DNA from: Candidatus Eiseniibacteriota bacterium
GTDB taxonomy: Bacteria > Joyebacterota > Joyebacteria > Joyebacterales > Joyebacteraceae
Length of the DNA stretch: 64,000 bases
Direction: 5' to 3'
Assembly (NCBI GenBank): GCA_030622115.1
Contig: JAUXGN010000003.1
Location: forward strand, 35,465 to 99,464
Each line of letters opens with the position of its first letter. Positions within the stretch are counted from its first letter, which is position 1. Made by a program: the position numbers and the translations under genes. Of this stretch, positions 36,198-44,886 are shown piece after piece. A model generated the notes under the pieces. It was not told where the DNA came from. It saw only the letters and a list, made by a program, of their open reading frames with translations, and ran no database searches.

Positions 36198-38270
36198 ATG
36201 CCTCGATCGCCCAGAACGAGATTCCCGATAGTGCTGATCACGATCCTGTTCGTGACCCTCACGGGTTCAGCCGGAGCTGTTTCGACATCGTACTGGCTCA
36301 CGGACGAGTATCGGGAATTCCTTGACGGAGCGCCGACCGGCGTCTCCCTTCTGGAAGCCGGGCGTCTGGTTTTGGGACCGGCTCCTGAGAGAATCGAGAT
36401 TCCGGAAGTGCAGTATGTGTGGGGTGCGGTCGAGGGGCGCGACGGAGTGATGCACATAGTCACGGGAACACCAGGCAGGCTGTACCGGATCAAGCGGGGT
36501 GACTTCGAACTCCTTATCGAGATGGAAACGCAGGATCTGCCGGCGATCGCGGCCGGACCGGATGGAACCATCTACGTAGGGACATCGCCCGGTGGAGAGG
36601 TCTACCGGGTTCGTGTGGATGAGGATCCTGAGCTGCTCTGCGAGACGGGAGACGGGTATATCTGGAGCATGGTCTGGTCCGAAGCGCATGGTCTTCTCGT
36701 CGGTACAGGGGAGATGGCCAGGGTGGTGGCGGTCGATTCCAGGGGACGGATGGAGGTCATCTACGAGTCGAGCGATCTCAACATCGTTGTGCTCGCTACG
36801 ATCGGTGACAGAGTTCTCGCAGGAACCAGTGGGGACGGTCTCTTGCTCGACGTTACGCCGGGCCAAAGGGTCAGTGTTGTCTATGACTCGCCGTACGATG
36901 AGATCTCCGGTGTTGTGTCGTCAAGCGATGGCGCTCTCTACTTCTCTGCGACCAGCGTTGATCTGAATGGGATGCTTGATGAGTTCGCAGGTTCGGAGCT
37001 TCCGATCGGTAACGGTTCCGTCTACAGGGTGAGTGGTGGAGGGGCGATCGAAATATGGCATTCCGCGGACGCGCCAGTCGTCTCACTGGCGGCCGGGCCG
37101 GATGGGGCCATTTGGGCGGGGACCGGCGCCGGCGGCCGCGTGTTCTCTGTCAGGCCGAGCGAGGCAGGTTTGATGGTCGATCTCGATGAGGAGGAAATCC
37201 TGGCAATGGCCGCGACTCCTGATGGGATCGTCTTCACCACCGGTACTCCAGGATCCGTCTACAAGGTTCGCGAGGGGACGTTGGAGTCGGGAAGGTATGA
37301 ATCCGACGTGCTCGATGCGGCGACGTCGGCTTCCTGGGGGAGCTTGAGCATCAGAGCGGAGGAATGGGGTGGTCGTCTCACTGTCGGTACTCGCTCGGGC
37401 AATGTTATGGAACCCGACGACACATGGAGCGACTGGATCGATCTTGTCGACGGCTCGATTGTGAGCCCTGGGGCTCGCTTTCTTCAGTGGGCAGTCGAGT
37501 TCGATCGCGGTCGGGGTTCAGGGCCGATCGTGCACGCTGTTGAGATAGCTTTCCTTCGGGAGAACGTGGCGCCCGAGATCCTGCGTGTGAATGTCTATCC
37601 GGCCGGGCGTGGTTTCTCCGATCGTGAGAACTCCGCGGGTAGTGCGAGCCAGACTCTGTCTTCCGGGGTCGATGTCACATATTCCATCAACGCCTCAGAG
37701 CACTCCGCTCTGGGCGCGCCGCCGGTGGTGAGAGGACTCAGAACGGCGGAGTGGGATGTCATGGATATGAATGGAGACATCCTGTCATTCGACGTCTATG
37801 TGAAGAGCGAGAGCGATGAGGAATGGGGTCTGATGGAGGAAGGGCTTGAACGAACCCTCCATACGTGGGACTCCGTTTCGATGCCGGATGGGGATTATCG
37901 AATCCGGGTTCTGGCCACAGATGCACCGGACAACCGTGCGGATCTCGCTGCCACCGCAGAGGCCGTGAGTCCCATTTTCACCGTGGACAACAGTCCGCCG
38001 AGTGTGGATGGCATCGAGCTCAGGCGCAACGGGAGAGCGATTGTCATCGGCGCGAGCATCAGGGATGCTCTGAGTCCGGTAGTCGGAGTGGAGGTGTCGA
38101 TCGATTACGGGGAGTGGATGCCGGCGTTTCCTGTCGATGGGATGTTCGATTCGCGTGCCGAAGCGGCAACGTTCAGATTTGAGGATCTGGCGCAGGGGCG
38201 GCACGCTGTGGCGGTCAGGGCGGCCGACCGGGCGGGAAACATAGGTGTGGCGCGGATTGCCGTGAACTAG
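36198..38270 (+). CDS. secreted beta-propeller protein with C-terminal Ig-like domains, uncharacterised; 10 nt downstream of the S55-like gene
   Basis: Strong AAGGAGGG SD; signal peptide; repeated 'GPDGxIYVGT…GGxVYRV' blades. Confidence 0.5.
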   Translation: MPRSPRTRFPIVLITILFVTLTGSAGAVSTSYWLTDEYREFLDGAPTGVSLLEAGRLVLGPAPERIEIPEVQYVWGAVEGRDGVMHIVTGTPGRLYRIKRGDFELLIEMETQDLPAIAAGPDGTIYVGTSPGGEVYRVRVDEDPELLCETGDGYIWSMVWSEAHGLLVGTGEMARVVAVDSRGRMEVIYESSDLNIVVLATIGDRVLAGTSGDGLLLDVTPGQRVSVVYDSPYDEISGVVSSSDGALYFSATSVDLNGMLDEFAGSELPIGNGSVYRVSGGGAIEIWHSADAPVVSLAAGPDGAIWAGTGAGGRVFSVRPSEAGLMVDLDEEEILAMAATPDGIVFTTGTPGSVYKVREGTLESGRYESDVLDAATSASWGSLSIRAEEWGGRLTVGTRSGNVMEPDDTWSDWIDLVDGSIVSPGARFLQWAVEFDRGRGSGPIVHAVEIAFLRENVAPEILRVNVYPAGRGFSDRENSAGSASQTLSSGVDVTYSINASEHSALGAPPVVRGLRTAEWDVMDMNGDILSFDVYVKSESDEEWGLMEEGLERTLHTWDSVSMPDGDYRIRVLATDAPDNRADLAATAEAVSPIFTVDNSPPSVDGIELRRNGRAIVIGASIRDALSPVVGVEVSIDYGEWMPAFPVDGMFDSRAEAATFRFEDLAQGRHAVAVRAADRAGNIGVARIAVN

Positions 38271-38368
38271 ATTTCTCACACGAGACCGAAACCCTGGGAG
38301 TGGATCCGGTGTCGAAGTAGTGGGCGAGTTGTGCCCGCATCCGTCGTATTCGAATCAGGAGACCGTCA

Positions 38369-38959
38369 GTGGATTGCCGGAAAGCAGAAGCGCTCATTCA
38401 GATGGAACTCGATCGTGCTCTGGCGGGCGATGATGATCGCTTCAGCACGACTGTGGATTCCTCGGAGATGGCGCTTCTGGACGACCACATTGGTGGATGT
38501 CCCCGATGCGCAGCGCTCAGGCGTGGGTTCGTTGCGATCGATGCGGCCTTGAGAAGCGCTCCGATCGAGAAGGCCCCAGTGTGGCTGGCCGCCGCCGTCA
38601 TGTCCGAGATCGCAGAGACGTCAACTGCTCGACGGTTCACCGTCCCGCTCGGTCTCTACACAACGGTGGCCGTTGGAGTGGCGGGGGCCGTTCTCGTTCT
38701 CGTTCGATCCGGAACGGGGCAGGTGGCAGGGCGAGCGCTGGGTGTACTCTCCAACGCTCTGTCGTCGCTTCTTGGATCTGCTCAAGATGCCATCACGAGT
38801 TCGGCCGGCTTCCAGACTGCGCAGGCGTCCCAGATGGGTGATGTCGCTTTTGGGATTCTCTGTGGACTCGTCGCTGTTTCGGTTGCCTCCATTGCCATCT
38901 TGGGTCTCAGGACAGCGCGCGAACTGACCCACGAGCTGCAGCCGATCTCCCTTCACTAG
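38369..38959 (+). CDS. zf-HC2 anti-sigma factor (membrane-spanning)
   Basis: GTG start with an AGGAGA SD; N-terminal 'C…A…LDDHIGGCPRCAALRR' H-x3-C-x2-C zinc-finger pattern followed by TM segments. Confidence 0.55.
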   Translation: MDCRKAEALIQMELDRALAGDDDRFSTTVDSSEMALLDDHIGGCPRCAALRRGFVAIDAALRSAPIEKAPVWLAAAVMSEIAETSTARRFTVPLGLYTTVAVGVAGAVLVLVRSGTGQVAGRALGVLSNALSSLLGSAQDAITSSAGFQTAQASQMGDVAFGILCGLVAVSVASIAILGLRTARELTHELQPISLH

Positions 38960-39136
38960 CGCAAGCAACCTCAAGACAATGCTAACTACCCAGACGTCCA
39001 GGTCCGCGAGATCCGCACCCACGTGTCGAGCGGGATCGAATGCGAGCCTCGAGGCGTATGCGAGGACGCGTGTGGGCGAGCTGAAACTCGGATGGGTATC
39101 TTGTGTGGATGATGGGTTTCAGGTCGGACGGGGAGG

Positions 39137-39189
39137 CGTTGGCCGATCTCGTGCCGCGTCTCACTCTACGCAGACGGGATCGGCCAACG
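39137..39189. repeat. 12-bp perfect inverted repeat (CGTTGGCCGATC-N29-GATCGGCCAACG) in the convergent intergenic region
   Basis: Read directly from the sequence. Confidence 0.6.
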
Positions 39190-39200
39190 TCGGCGAAAAT

Positions 39201-39632
39201 CTACTGATCCTGATTCGTGTCGCCGTCCGTCCGTCCGGCGCCGGGCACGAGCTGGACGGGCTTGCCGTTCTTCTCGATATCGACGGCATTCCGCTTCACG
39301 ATCACGTGGAAGATGATGAGACCGATTCCGAGAAAGAGCGGGACGAGGGCGCCGATGGCGGCATCATTCCATATGCCGAGAGTAATGAAGCCGATGACCT
39401 GGGCGATGCCGATTGCGAGAAGAGCGATGCCCCATCCGAGCGCCGCGTTGCCGCCGGGTCTCTTCTCTGGACGAATAATCGTCGGATCGTAGATACCCTT
39501 CTGGAGAGCCAGTTCGAACGACTCCTTGCGTGTCCGGTCCCCGTTCATGAATCCTTTGACAATCAGCATTACTATGAGCACTGCGGACCCGATGCTGACC
39601 AGGGCGGTCATGAAGCCAAAGAACATACTCAT
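39201..39632 (-). CDS. small integral membrane protein (4 TM), uncharacterised
   Basis: Start 'MSMFFGFMTAL…' with an AAGGGAGAG SD; hydrophobic throughout. Confidence 0.45.
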   Translation of the reverse strand: MSMFFGFMTALVSIGSAVLIVMLIVKGFMNGDRTRKESFELALQKGIYDPTIIRPEKRPGGNAALGWGIALLAIGIAQVIGFITLGIWNDAAIGALVPLFLGIGLIIFHVIVKRNAVDIEKNGKPVQLVPGAGRTDGDTNQDQ

Positions 39633-39993
39633 TGTGGATCTCTCCCTTCTCTGCCCAGGCCGCACCGCCGATGTTTCCGATTCTCCAGATCCACTGGCAC
39701 GACGGCCGCTGAGCTGCCCGTTTTCACCTCTATTATCGTTCTGTTCATTTTCTTTGACATCGATCCGCCGGAGTATGTTTCAGCTGATACAGCCCTCCCG
39801 GGAGCAGGCACCGGTCATCATGGCCGATACGACAGTATGTCAGGAGAGACAGTCCGGTTCAGCGATGCTTGGAGTATGAAACAGTTTGGATCAGGAAGGG
39901 GTTCTGGTACCATTACACGCTGGTCCCGGGGGACGGGTTTTCGTCTGCCCGACCGCAGCACTGCAGAGCTGGGCGCGCAGACGCGGAGGGCCA

Positions 39994-40587
39994 ATGGCTA
40001 GATCGGATTCTCCGCGCACCCACATATCGACGGACGACCAGCTGGTGGCGAAGGTCCAGGCCGGCGACCAGAGCGCGTACGCTGTTCTGGTCGAGCGCTA
40101 CTCGGACTTCGTGTTCACGATCGCGGTGAGGATCATAGGTGATGAGGATGACGCGGCCGACATCGCTCAGGAGACGTTCGTTCGCGCCTACAAGGCGATA
40201 GGCCGATTCAGAGGCGACTCGAAATTCTCGAGTTGGCTCTATCGAATAGCGGCCAATCGGGCGCTCACGCACCTCAAGCGCAAGAAGCGACGCCCCCAGA
40301 CGGTGGACATCGATCTCGGGGCTCACATCGAGGCGGATGCGCTGACGAGCGGCAATCGCGATGACCCCGGTCAGCAAGTGCTTGACGATGAGTTCCGTCG
40401 GGCCATGCGCGACGCTGTGTCCAAGCTACCGGAGCAGTACCGAACAGTCATAGCGCTCTTCTATCTCGAAGAGAGGAGTTACAAGGAAGTCGCCGAGACG
40501 CTCGGCATTCCGATGGGAACACTCAAGACTCATCTTCATCGGGGCCGGGCGATGTTGAGAGAGGTTCTTAAGGAACGAGGATTCTGA
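39994..40587 (+). CDS. ECF-subfamily RNA polymerase sigma-70 factor
   Basis: Region 2 'DAADIAQETFVRAYKAIGRFRGDSKFSSWLYRIAANRAL' and region 4 'SYKEVAETLGIPMGTLKTHLHRGR'. Confidence 0.85.
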   Translation: MARSDSPRTHISTDDQLVAKVQAGDQSAYAVLVERYSDFVFTIAVRIIGDEDDAADIAQETFVRAYKAIGRFRGDSKFSSWLYRIAANRALTHLKRKKRRPQTVDIDLGAHIEADALTSGNRDDPGQQVLDDEFRRAMRDAVSKLPEQYRTVIALFYLEERSYKEVAETLGIPMGTLKTHLHRGRAMLREVLKERGF

Positions 40588-40602
40588 GAGCGGGAGGAAA
40601 GA

Positions 40603-41418
40603 GTGAGCGAGAGCAGTCTGGATTTCCTGTTCGACAGGAGGAGTATCCTTCATTTCAAGGATGAGGAGATTCCTCAGGATGTTCTGAACAAGGTGCTTGT
40701 GGCTGCACAGCGGGCATCGGCGCCGGGTGGGACTCTGACCGGCGGTTACCGCGGGGCACAGCCAATCTCCATCATCGTAGTTAAGAACAAGGCTCGCAGA
40801 GCTCAGTTGAACGAGATGCTGTGTGAAGGACGGAAGGTCTGCATTCAGGAGGCGCCGGTCTCTCTGATCTTCTGTGTCGACACGCATCGCCTGAACAGGT
40901 GGGCCGCCCTTGATGGTGGAGAGTCTCATTTTGGCGGCATGGGCGTTCTGTGGGTATCCCTGCGGGCGGTCTACACGGCTGCTCAGAACTCCGTCATCGC
41001 AGCTGAGGCCATGGGGCTTGGATCGCAGTACATCCAGGAGATCGTTTGGCAGCCGCATACGGCGCTGGACTTCTTCGAGCTTCCAAAGCAGGTGATGCCG
41101 GTCACGATGCTTGTTCTGGGCTATCCATCCGAGCGACCACCGCTTGCTCCAACGCTTCCTCTTGAGGCGATCGTGCATGAGGAGACCTATCACGATCCCC
41201 CTGACGAGGAGCTGCTCGCCCACTACGCCGACAAGGAAGCCTACTATCAGGATTGGATCAGCAACCTTCCGGAGGACTCGAAGCTCAGGAAGCACATCAA
41301 GAAGCAGGGCGTGGAGACACTGGCTCAGTTCGTCTCGCAAGTCACGTACACCGAGAGCTTCTACAGGTGGCGGGACGACATGATCAAGATCAACCTCGCT
41401 GTGTCCGAACTGGAGTAG
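40603..41418 (+). CDS. nitroreductase-family protein
   Basis: 271 aa; 'RRSILHFKDEEIPQDVLNKVLVAAQRASAPGG' FMN-binding N-terminal block and the overall nitroreductase fold pattern. Confidence 0.65.
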   Translation: MSESSLDFLFDRRSILHFKDEEIPQDVLNKVLVAAQRASAPGGTLTGGYRGAQPISIIVVKNKARRAQLNEMLCEGRKVCIQEAPVSLIFCVDTHRLNRWAALDGGESHFGGMGVLWVSLRAVYTAAQNSVIAAEAMGLGSQYIQEIVWQPHTALDFFELPKQVMPVTMLVLGYPSERPPLAPTLPLEAIVHEETYHDPPDEELLAHYADKEAYYQDWISNLPEDSKLRKHIKKQGVETLAQFVSQVTYTESFYRWRDDMIKINLAVSELE

Positions 41419-41480
41419 TTTGCGTGCTGACCAGGGTAGACCACGCGGGTTCGAGCACACCGGGGGAGAGAGATACACTC

Positions 41481-41516
41481 AAGGGGACGTGGCAGATCGG
41501 TCTGTAGCGTCCCCTT
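41481..41516 (+). terminator. weak candidate terminator hairpin (AAGGGGACG-N18-CGTCCCCTT) after the nitroreductase gene
   Basis: Inverted repeat read from the sequence; poor U-tract. Confidence 0.25.
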
Positions 41517-41562
41517 CTCATGCATGCACTTGCGATGGCCGCGCAGTCGCAGGAAGGTGAGT

Positions 41563-42774
41563 ATGGAACGGGACATCGTCGCCCTGACGGTTTCTATCGT
41601 TCTTATGATCATCCTCGTCCGGTTCCGGTTGGACCTTGGGATCGCGATGCTCCTCGGCGCGGTGAGCATGGCACTGGTCTCCGGCAGAGCCATTGGCTGG
41701 ACGGGGGTTGAAGTGTGGCGCGCCGTCATCGCGAAGGACTCGCTTCTGCTCTTTGGCCGCATCGCAACGATCCTGATGCTGAGCGCGCTCGCAGGAAGGC
41801 TCGGGTACCTGGATCATGTCGTGTCGGGACTCAAGCGCATGATCCGGGACAATCGAGTCGTCGTCGCGCTCGTTCCCGCCTTTGGAGGTCTTCTCCCCAT
41901 GCCGGGGGGGACCATGCTGACAGCGCCGATGGTGGAGAACGCGCTCAAGTCGACGGACGCCAAGCCGGAAGAACGCTTCTTCATTGCTTACTGGTTCCGC
42001 CACGTTTGGGAATATGTCTGGCCGCTCTACCCTGCCCTGGTTCTTGCCGCCGCCCTTATCGACCGCCCGGTGGCCGACATAGCCCGTGTCACCTACCCGC
42101 TTACGCTGGCGGCCATCGCAAGCGGCGTCCTGCTCGTGTTGAGGCGGACGCCCGCCGGCCGAAACGAGACTCCGGCCGAGGGGCGCAAGGGAGCGGGGTT
42201 GGCTCTCGCCAAGGGGGCTCTGCCCTTTGCCGTTGTCATCGTTGGCGCGCTCGTGTTCAAGTTCGAAGTCATGCTTGTCGTGCTCGCCGTAGTGTTCCTT
42301 CTGGCCGTGTTCGAGAAGGCGCACGTCCGTGACGTACTCGCCTCTCTGAGGAAGGGAACCGAGTTCCAGATAGTCACGCTCGTGTTCGGCGTCAGTGCGT
42401 ACAAGCACCTCCTCATTGCGACCGGGATCCGCGAGGCCGTTCCTGGGTTCTTGATGCAGATACAAGTGCCGGAACTCCTCGTCATCATAGCCGTGCCGAT
42501 GCTCATCGGGCTCGTGACAGGTGTCACCGCGGCGTTCGTTGCTGTGACGTTCCCCCTGCTAATGCCCATCATTGTGAGCGGCGGCAGCATCGACATGGAA
42601 CTCGTGATGCTGGCCTTCGGCTCCGGGTTCGTCGGATGTTTGCTTTCTCCGGTGCATCTCTGCCTCGTGTTGTCGCGCGAGTACTTCGGCGCCGGGTTTG
42701 GCGGGATATACCGACTCCTTATCCCCGCTACTCTTGCCATTATGGCCGTTGCGGTGGCCATAGTGCTCCTGTAG
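41563..42774 (+). CDS. polytopic membrane protein (10-12 TM), DUF401-like putative permease
   Basis: Start 'MERDIVALTVSIVLMII…' (the ORF also opens at 41524); 'PAFGGLLPMPGG' loop between hydrophobic halves. Confidence 0.45.
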   Translation: MERDIVALTVSIVLMIILVRFRLDLGIAMLLGAVSMALVSGRAIGWTGVEVWRAVIAKDSLLLFGRIATILMLSALAGRLGYLDHVVSGLKRMIRDNRVVVALVPAFGGLLPMPGGTMLTAPMVENALKSTDAKPEERFFIAYWFRHVWEYVWPLYPALVLAAALIDRPVADIARVTYPLTLAAIASGVLLVLRRTPAGRNETPAEGRKGAGLALAKGALPFAVVIVGALVFKFEVMLVVLAVVFLLAVFEKAHVRDVLASLRKGTEFQIVTLVFGVSAYKHLLIATGIREAVPGFLMQIQVPELLVIIAVPMLIGLVTGVTAAFVAVTFPLLMPIIVSGGSIDMELVMLAFGSGFVGCLLSPVHLCLVLSREYFGAGFGGIYRLLIPATLAIMAVAVAIVLL

Positions 42775-42864
42775 GATAAACGCTCGCCATATTCGTGTGG
42801 TACTCAAGACGATGCCGGAGGTGTCGGTGCAGTCATTGGGCTTGCTTCCGTTCGTGGAGGGTGT

Positions 42865-43812
42865 GTGAAGGAGCACCGAACAGCCGTGGCAGCAACGGTG
42901 CTCTCCGGTCTACTCTGGGGATCGTCCTTCGTAGTTGTGAAGCTCGGACTCAGAACGATAGATCCCTACTGGTTTGTTTTCATGCGATTCGCGACGGCTT
43001 CGGCAATCGCGATCGGTTATGTGGCGGCCTTGGGAAGACTCTCCGGGCTCCGCGCGGCGCTCAGGCATCCGCTGGTCATCTGGCTTGGCGTCACGAACGC
43101 CGTCGGTTTTGTGATGCAGTTCCAGGGGCAGACCCTGACCACTGCGAGCAAGGCGGCGCTCTTCGTAAACAGCAGCACCATTCTGGTTGCCATAGCGTCG
43201 TGGTTCGTGTTCAGAGAGCGCCTGACGCGTGTGAAGACTGCAGCCGTCGTGCTGGGAATGATCGGTGTTGTCATGGTGACAACCGGTGGACGTTTCAGAC
43301 TGATGCCGGGAGCCGAACTCACCGGGGATGCTCTCATCTTCGGCGCCGCCATCATCTGGACGGCTTTCATCCTTCTCAACAAGAGAATCGTGGCCGAGCA
43401 CATTGCCGATGTGCGCGTTCTGACCGCGGCGATGGTCACGGTGACGGCACTGACGGCACTTCCTCTCGCCGCGGTTTTTGGGAGAGGTGGTTTGCCGGAG
43501 CTCTCCGTAGATCTGTGGGTCGTCGCCTATACGGCGCTCTTCTGCACTGTCCTGCCTTTTCTGCTGTGGACGTGGGGGCTGAAGCGCATCTCAGCGACCG
43601 GTTCCTGCGTGATACTGCTCGTAGAAGTCGTTTTCGCTCTCACCCTGGCGACGGTCGTGCTCGGTGAGCGCTTGTCCACAGGCGTCATGTTGGGAGCAGT
43701 TCTCATTGTCTCCGCCGTCGCTCTGACATCGCTGGGAGGGGGGGATGAGACGGTCGCGGGTCCCGATGTTGTTCCGGACTACACGGTCGAGGAAGAGGAG
43801 GAACTTCCATGA
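42865..43812 (+). CDS. EamA/DMT-superfamily transporter (10 TM)
   Basis: Two EamA-like halves, e.g. 'LLWGSSFVVVKLG…' and 'LFCTVLPFLLWTWGLKRISATG'. Confidence 0.7.
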   Translation: MKEHRTAVAATVLSGLLWGSSFVVVKLGLRTIDPYWFVFMRFATASAIAIGYVAALGRLSGLRAALRHPLVIWLGVTNAVGFVMQFQGQTLTTASKAALFVNSSTILVAIASWFVFRERLTRVKTAAVVLGMIGVVMVTTGGRFRLMPGAELTGDALIFGAAIIWTAFILLNKRIVAEHIADVRVLTAAMVTVTALTALPLAAVFGRGGLPELSVDLWVVAYTALFCTVLPFLLWTWGLKRISATGSCVILLVEVVFALTLATVVLGERLSTGVMLGAVLIVSAVALTSLGGGDETVAGPDVVPDYTVEEEEELP

Positions 43813-44867
43813 AGAACCGAATCGCGTATCTCGCCGGCCGCGGCCGCGCAGCCGGCGCCGTTGGACTGCTTCTTCTGATGTTGGTGTGCTCGGGAGTGCC
43901 GTCATCGGCTGCCGACGCCTCAGGCTCAGATGGTGGCGAGAACGCACCGGATTCCCTTATCGCCCGCGCCGGGCGGGAAATCGACGCCGGCAGGTCGGGT
44001 GCAGCCGAGGCGCTCTACCTCAAGGTTCTCAAAATCGACGATGACGACCACCGCGCCGAGCATGGCTTGGCGATCGTCGGCCTGATGAGAGAAGACGCCG
44101 AGTTCGCTATCAAGCACGCCAGAAGAGCGATCAAGCGCGATCGTGGGAACTCGGAGTACCATCTGATGCTCGCGTACGGCTATGGGATGAAGGCGAGCGA
44201 AGGCGGGTTCAGAGCCATGTTCTACGGAGGGAAGTACAAGAGCGAGTGCGAGACGGCCGTCGAGTGCGATCCCAAGAACGTCGATGCGCATCTGGGGTTG
44301 CTCCAGTACTACGCGCACGCGCCGGGATTCGCCGGGGGAGGCATGGAGCGAGCGGAAGCGACCGTGCGCACGATCGAGGACCTGGACGAGTTCAGCGGGT
44401 TCCGGGCCCGCGCGATGGTGGCCATGTCGCAGGGGGACAAGGAGGCCGCTGAGACCGCCTATCTGGCCGGCGCCCAGGTCGACACGACCAACATCCACGG
44501 TTGGAGGAGTCTCAGCCGGTTCTACATGAGGGAGGAACGGTACGCCGACGCCATTCCGATCGGCCGACGCATCCTGCGGATCGACCCGGAGATGGAGCGA
44601 GCCACCTATATGCTGGCCACGGCAGAGTTCCTCCTCGGTGACGACATCCCGGCGGCCGAAGAAGGGTTCCTGGATCTCATCGCCCGCGGCGAGGAGATAG
44701 ACACGGGAACTCTCGCCTCGTCCCACTGGAGACTGGGTCTTGTCTACGCGGGACGAGGAGAGCACACGAAGGCTCGCGCCGAGTGGGAGACGGCTCTTGA
44801 GATAGAGCCCGGCCACGAGGGTGCGTCCGAGGAGCTGAACGATCTGCAACCGCACCGTCCAGAGTAA
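43809..44867 (+). CDS. secreted TPR-repeat protein
   Basis: ATGA overlap with the upstream gene; signal peptide; repeated 34-residue TPR-like helices (…AEALYLKVLKIDDDDHRAEHGLAIV…). Confidence 0.6.
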   Translation: MKNRIAYLAGRGRAAGAVGLLLLMLVCSGVPSSAADASGSDGGENAPDSLIARAGREIDAGRSGAAEALYLKVLKIDDDDHRAEHGLAIVGLMREDAEFAIKHARRAIKRDRGNSEYHLMLAYGYGMKASEGGFRAMFYGGKYKSECETAVECDPKNVDAHLGLLQYYAHAPGFAGGGMERAEATVRTIEDLDEFSGFRARAMVAMSQGDKEAAETAYLAGAQVDTTNIHGWRSLSRFYMREERYADAIPIGRRILRIDPEMERATYMLATAEFLLGDDIPAAEEGFLDLIARGEEIDTGTLASSHWRLGLVYAGRGEHTKARAEWETALEIEPGHEGASEELNDLQPHRPE

Positions 44868-44886
44868 CAGCAATAGCGCCGACTAC

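Noticed and set aside
38979-40001. 340-aa + strand ORF spanning the convergent intergenic region and the antisense of the small membrane gene
   Set aside because: No start context, low-complexity translation, overlaps a better-supported minus-strand gene and runs into the ECF sigma gene frame.
41421-41520. tRNA-like T-loop motif (GGGTTCGAGC) after the nitroreductase gene
   Set aside because: No acceptor/anticodon stems could be built around it; it does not match GGTTCGAnTCC with a complementary 7-bp acceptor stem.
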